Assembly (NCBI GenBank): GCA_002269645.1 | Contig: NIVC01003288.1 | Span: forward strand, 1-26,554 | Length of the DNA stretch: 26,554 nucleotides | DNA from: Macrostomum lignano | Lineage: Eukaryota | Direction of reading: 5' to 3' | Shown: positions 21,988 to 26,554 of the stretch, one piece after another | How the letters are laid out: every line of letters begins with the position of its first letter | How positions within the stretch are numbered: the stretch's first letter is position 1 | Position numbers and translations under genes: made by a program | Notes under the pieces: generated by a model | Database searches by the model: none | What the model saw: the letters and a program-made list of their open reading frames with translations, nothing else | What the model was told of the DNA's origin: nothing

Positions 21988-22065
21988 CGCACAGAGCGCC
22001 ACCATCAGATTGAGCTGCTGCACCAGGTAGCGAAAGCTGGACTCGCTGTACACCGGAGAGTTGAA
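21988..22065 (-). CDS. ITPR-like: Exon 7 (FNSPVYSESSFRYLVQQLNLMVALCA)
   Basis: aaatttcag acceptor, GTAAGT donor, 26 codons; resembles IP3R YRYQLNLFARMCL. Confidence 0.85.
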
Positions 22066-22157
22066 CTGAAATTTGTCAGCAAAAACTGAGTGAGCACCGG
22101 GGAACAAAGTTTGTTTTCATACCCCTGAGACACATGCTCGCACATGCCTCAACTTAC

Positions 22158-22697
22158 ATCAACAAACACGTGCATAGGAATGTAGGTTCTCCCGGTGTCA
22201 GTGGAGATGTACAGCAGATTCCGGATGCGGTTAATTGACTGCCCGGTGCGGAACAGGCAGAGGCCCTGCTCGGTCTTCAGGAACCAGGACTTGATGATGT
22301 ACTGCTGGTTCTTCTGTATGGCCGTGCCGTCGCACACGCAATAACTGGTCAGGAAGATGAGGAACAGGTAGTTCTTCCACTCCTGCAGCAGATCGATCAA
22401 GGTGTTCACGTGGGCCTCGGTGATTCGGTCAACAATGATGCGATTGTCCTCAACGAATTGGTTCAGCGCCATCATCACGCTGCGGCCTTCGTCTTTGCGG
22501 AGGTCGACCAGGCTGTGCATCAGGCCGAAGTAGCGGGCGATGTAGAACCGGTTCTTGGAGCTGCGGCCCATCAGGTAGTGATAGACCACCTGGAATAACA
22601 GGGCGTTGATGCTGCACAGCAGCTTCACCACCGACTCCTCTTGGAGACTCTTCTGGCGGACAATCTCCTCGGCCATGTCCAGAGCGCAGTCGATCAC
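22158..22697 (-). CDS. ITPR-like: Exon 6: first RIH domain (VIDCALDM...[17 protein letters not shown]...HVFVD)
   Basis: ORF 22149..22697; ctcccag acceptor, GTAAGT donor; [12 protein letters not shown] resembles IP3R LCVS..AIPVTQ. Confidence 0.92.
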
Positions 22698-22760
22698 CTG
22701 GGAGATTGGGGCGTTGATGAAAGCTGTCGGTTTGTGAATCTGCTAAAGGAACTGCCTCTC

Positions 22761-23540
22761 TAGGTAGGTAGGTAGGTAGGTAGGTAGGTAGGTAGGTAGG
22801 TAGGTAGGTAGGTAGGTAGGTAGATAGGTAGGTAAGTAGGTATGTAGCTAGGTAGGTAGGTAGGTAGGTAGGTAGGTAGGTAGGTAGGTAGGTAGGTAGG
22901 TAGGTAGGTAGGTAGGTAGGAAGGTAAGTAGGTAAGTAGGTAGGTAGGTAGGTAGGTAGGTAGGTAGATAGGTAGGTAGGTAGGTAGGTAGGTAGGTAGG
23001 TAGGTAGGTAGGTAGGTAGGTAGGTAGGTAGGTAAGTAGGTAGGTAGGTAGGTAGGTAGGTAGGTAGGTAGGTAGGTAGGTAGGTAAGTAGGTAGGTAGG
23101 TAGGTAGGTAGGTAAGTAAGTAAGTAAGTAAGTAGGTAGGTAGGTAGGTAGGTAGGTAGGTAGGTAGGTAGGTAGGTAGGTAGGTAGGTAGGTAGGTAGG
23201 TAGGTAGGTAGGTAGGTAGGTAGGTAGGTAGGTAGGTAGGTAGGTAGGTAGGTAGGTAGGTAGGTAGGTAGGTAGGTAGGTAGGTAGGTAGGTAGGTAGG
23301 TAGGTAGGTAGGTAGGTAGGTAGGTAGGTAGGTAGGTAGGTAGGTAGGCAGGTAGGTAGGTAGGTAGGTAGATAGATTGGTAAGTAGGTAGGTAAGTAGA
23401 TAGGTAAATAGGTAGATAATTAGGCAGGTAGGAAAGTAGGTAGGTAGGTAGATAAGTAGATAGGTATATAAAGGGTAGTCAGAAGGGTAAGTAGTAGATA
23501 AATAGGTACTTCAGTAGATTAGATAGGTAGGTAATTAGAA
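22761..23540. repeat. (GTAG)n microsatellite, degenerating to the right
   Basis: Directly visible. Confidence 0.97.
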
Positions 23541-23640
23541 GGTTAGGATGTGATCGAATTTCTGGTGGGTCCAGCTGCTTCAGTACTACTCCCTAGTAGC
23601 AGAAGCGAACCCTGCGCTTCAATCAGTGCTCAGTGCTCAC

Positions 23641-23772
23641 CTTAAGCGACCTCATCATTTTCTGCTTCAGCTTGCTCGGCCCGGTTTCTTCGACCAGCTC
23701 GTCGCGAATTTTCTCCAGAAAGCTGACGAAAAAGGCGAACTCTTTGGCTGGGAAGTCGTAGCCGTTTCTCAC
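23641..23772 (-). CDS. ITPR-like: Exon 5 (VRNGYDF...GPSKLKQKMMRSLK)
   Basis: Within ORF 23623..23829; aacttcag acceptor, GTGAGC donor; KQKMMR matches IP3R RQKLMR. Confidence 0.87.
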
Positions 23773-23860
23773 CTGAAGTTTTTCCGGGGGGGGGCTGAGG
23801 TAATGGGTTCGATTCCCAAAAGGGCTCATACCTTGGTACGGCTATTATCAATGCACTTAC

Positions 23861-23986
23861 CCATTCGAGCATGGGGAAGAAGGCATCGCTGAAGCCGGAC
23901 ACCATGCTGTAGGCGTCCACCGCCTCGGACTCCACCTTGACCAGCTTGAACGCGTTGTCGCTGTCCACCTTCTGCTCCGCCTCCAC
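23861..23986 (-). CDS. ITPR-like: Exon 4 (VEAEQKVDSDNAFKLVKVE...PMLEW)
   Basis: Within ORF 23642..24001; ctaatcag acceptor, GTAAGT donor; DNAFKLVKV resembles IP3R KEAFAIVPV. Confidence 0.87.
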
Positions 23987-24089
23987 CTGATTAGGAAACA
24001 TTGTGATGGCGTTCGGGGGCGATTGGAATTCTAGAGTGACCTATTCCAGTCTAGGAGTGAGCTATCATCCCATCAGACACATTTTAGAG

Positions 24090-24360
24090 GGACCAATCCC
24101 TCATCAGAGTGACAAATTCCTCATCAGAGTGACCAATTCCTCATCAAATCACAATTGGGATTGACCAATCCTCATCAAATCACAATAGGGAGTGACCAAT
24201 CCCTCATCAAATCACAATTGGGATTGACCAATCCCTCATCAAATCACAATAGGGAGTGACCAATCCCTCATCAAATCACAATTGGGATTGACCAATCCCT
24301 CATCAAATCACAATAGGGAGTGACCAATCCCTCATCAAATCACAATAGGGAGTGCCCAAT
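24090..24360. repeat. ~32-33 bp tandem repeat (gaccaatccctcatcaaatcacaat[t/a]ggga...), two alternating variants
   Basis: Directly visible. Confidence 0.9.
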
Positions 24361-24386
24361 CTCTCACCTGGGCACACTGGACTCAC

Positions 24387-24817
24387 CTGTCTCAGCTGGG
24401 CGTCATCGCACTGAATGCTCTCCATGGTCGGCCCCATAGTTGTCGGCGAGGATCGCTTGTGATAATCGCAGTCCTGACGCACTTTGAGCCGCCGGCCAGT
24501 TATGACATTCTCAATGATCCCGATGGAAGGATCCCGCAGGAACTGAGCACCCTTGTGAGCCGTCTGCACCCGGAACACCGTGGTTACCCGCTCGATCTCC
24601 TCCATTGATTCTGGCAGAAGCTGCACCTTGCCGTCCACGCTAACTGACAGGTACATGCCTGTGGTGGCGTGCCGAAAGCGCAGCAGGTCGGTGCACTGCA
24701 GCGGCTCCGCTGACAGCGGCGACTTCTCAAGTTCGACCTGCCAGAACACGTTGGCATTCGAGGTTGGCACGAATGTCTTCAGATTGGCGTTGTCCATGGG
24801 GCGCAGGCGGAGATGAA
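24387..24817 (-). CDS. ITPR-like: Exon 3: MIR/beta-trefoil (HLRLRP...FWQVE...LLRFRHATTGMYL)
   Basis: Within ORF 24303..24836; gctttcag acceptor (phase 1), GTGAGT donor; RFRHATTGMYL matches IP3R RFKHLATGHYL. Confidence 0.92.
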
Positions 24818-24913
24818 CTGAAAGCGCAGGTTTCAAAGTCGTTTTGGATCATTTCTGGAATGCCGAACTGACCGTTGAGTTCATTTTAGCTTTGAGTTAA
24901 CTGGGAGGCTCAC

Positions 24914-24998
24914 CGTCTTCAGACTGCTGGTTGAAGCTGCCCTCAGCTGCCAGATTGCCCTGCAGCTCCGTGTGGCAGAGCCGGACCAGGTCAAGGCC
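24914..24998 (-). CDS. ITPR-like: Exon 2 (GLDLVRLCHTELQGNLAAEGSFNQQSED)
   Basis: atctgccag acceptor (phase 0), GTGAGC donor (phase 1); bridges exons 1 and 3; matches IP3R GGDVVRLFHAEQE. Not in the ORF track. Confidence 0.87.
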
Positions 24999-25179
24999 CT
25001 GGCAGATTGGTGGGTTCGGTTGGTACATGTAGGCTTGGTAGACAGGTGATTGTAATGGGTAGAAAGATGGATGGGCTGGTAGATAGAAAGGTAAGTAAGT
25101 AAGTACATGGGTACGTCAGATAAGTAGGCAGGTAGGTAAAAAAAGTTGGTAGGTAAGGTATACAAGTAGGCAGGTATGC

Positions 25180-25415
25180 GGATAAGTAGGCAGGTAGGTA
25201 GATGAGTAGGCAGGTAGGTAGATGAGTAGGCAGGTAGGTAGATGAGTAGGCAGGTAGGTAGATGAGTAGGCAGGTAGGTAGATGAGTAGGCAGGTAGGTA
25301 GATGAGTAGGCAGGTAGGTAGATGAGTAGGCAGGTAGGTAGATAAGTAGGCAGGTAGGTAGATGAGTAGGCAGGTAGGTAGATAAGTAGGCAGGTAGGTA
25401 GATGAGTAGGCAGGT
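25180..25415. repeat. 20-bp minisatellite (gatgagtaggcaggtaggta), ~11-12 copies, within a degenerate GTAG-rich tract
   Basis: Directly visible. Confidence 0.93.
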
Positions 25416-25650
25416 TGTTATGCGGTTGTTTGCTTTAGCGGTAGACAGATGGATATGTAGGAAGGCATTTTGGTGTAGATATTGATAAAAAGGTAGGCAG
25501 ATAGAAAACTACTCGTAGGTGTAAAGAAAAGAACGCTTGGAGTTCAGATCATTGCCGCTGGTTTGTAGTGTACTCGTAGTTTGGTGTATGGTTAGATTAA
25601 TCAACGAGGTTGGTAGGCACAAAACAGGGAAATTCAGAAACAATGCTCAC

Positions 25651-25913
25651 ATGGATAATCCTCTCAGCGTCCTTCCTGCTGGCGTTCAGCTGCTCAATGT
25701 GGCTCATGGACAGCACCAGCATGAACCCGGAGCTGCGGTTGCTGACGTCAACGGTGAAGGAGGCCTCGCTCTGCTCAAGGTAGCGCAGCTTGAGCGGATG
25801 CGCCGAAGAGAACACCAGATGGTTTTTGTGAGCTGCGGAGAACTGCCGCTCCAGCACGTTCTTTGTGTTGATCATGGCGGCCTCGGAGCCGTAGGTTGAG
25901 GAGAAAACTCCCT
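25651..25913 (-). CDS. ITPR-like: Exon 1 (most 5' exon in the window): suppressor/beta-trefoil region
   Basis: Extends ORF 25597..25875; atcccgcag acceptor (phase 1), GTGAGC donor. The phase-1 start means further exons lie upstream. Confidence 0.75.
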
Positions 25914-25939
25914 CTGCGGGATTTTTGGGGATCCGGTTG

Positions 25940-26554
25940 GATAACCATGGCTTCCTGCTCTGACTCTCAGGTCATGACTCCTGGTTCGATTAAGTTGGTG
26001 AAAATTGGGCAGCGGCTTGTCCTGTGATTCACAACCATGAGGGCCAACCCCCATGGGCATGCCTGAGAGTGTACATGCCTGAGAGTGTACATGCCTGAGA
26101 GTGTACATGCCTGAGAGTGTACATGCCTTGAGAGTGTACATGCCTGAGAGTGTACATGCCTGAGAGTGTACATGCCTGAGAGGTACATGCCTGAGAGTGT
26201 ACATGCCTGAGAGTGTAGCATGCCTGAGAGTGTACATGCCTGAGAGTGTACATGCCTGAAGTGTACATGCCTGAGAGTGTACATGCCTGAGAGTGTACAT
26301 GCTGAGGTGTACATGCCTGAGAGTGTACATGCCTGAGAGTGTACATGCCTGAGATGTACATGCCTGAGAGTGTACATGCCTGAGAGTGTACATGCCTGAG
26401 AGTGTACATGCCTGAGAGTGTACATGCCTGACGATCAGAAAGTCAGGGCCGCTGTACACTCTGTGTGAGGTGTGCATGAGTGCGCGCCTGCGTACAGTAT
26501 TGGCGCGCTTGTATGCACTCAGCAGTCAGCGGAATGGGCAGAACTGCCTCAGCG
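25940..26554 (+). mobile_element. SINE family B copy (runs off the window edge) interrupted by an internal minisatellite
   Basis: B-box-like GGTTCGATT at ~25982; the sequences on both sides of the array match the reverse complement of 6260-6440 and, in the central part, family A. Left boundary is approximate. Confidence 0.75.
26058..26429. repeat. 16-bp minisatellite (gagagtgtacatgcct), ~23 copies, inside the SINE
   Basis: Directly visible. Confidence 0.97.

Noticed and set aside
23800-23830. B-box-like GGGTTCGATTCCC in an 88-nt intron
   Set aside because: It is an isolated motif with no A box or SINE body; at most a tiny relic.
25872-26477. Minus-strand ORFs of 126-201 aa (MYTLRHVHSQACTLSG repeats)
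   Set aside because: They are translations of the 16-bp array inside a SINE.

Overview
This is eukaryotic (probably invertebrate) genomic DNA. One large minus-strand gene spans almost the whole window: a divergent inositol 1,4,5-trisphosphate receptor (IP3R/RyR superfamily) Ca2+-release channel. I could assemble 26 exons by hand (25913 down to 751) with canonical GT-AG junctions and consistent phase. They total 7412 nt (~2470 codons) and cover MIR/IP3-binding core, RIH, RIH-associated, 6-TM channel and C2H2 linker regions. The N-terminal exons lie beyond the right edge, and I could not place the terminal exon. Of the 25 complete introns, 19 carry their own tandem array (units 4-33 bp, essentially a different unit in each), five are short (88-115 nt) and repeat-free, and one is filled with tRNA-derived SINEs. 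Five SINE-like copies are visible, including a CORE-type SINE. In one copy, an internal 16-bp segment has amplified into a ~23-copy minisatellite. The channel has a non-canonical pore (no GGGVGD filter, gate Phe replaced by Ala). GC-rich exons with minisatellite-filled introns are reminiscent of Macrostomum-type flatworm genomes, which is inference only. Most long ORFs in the supplied track are artefacts of stop-free repeats.
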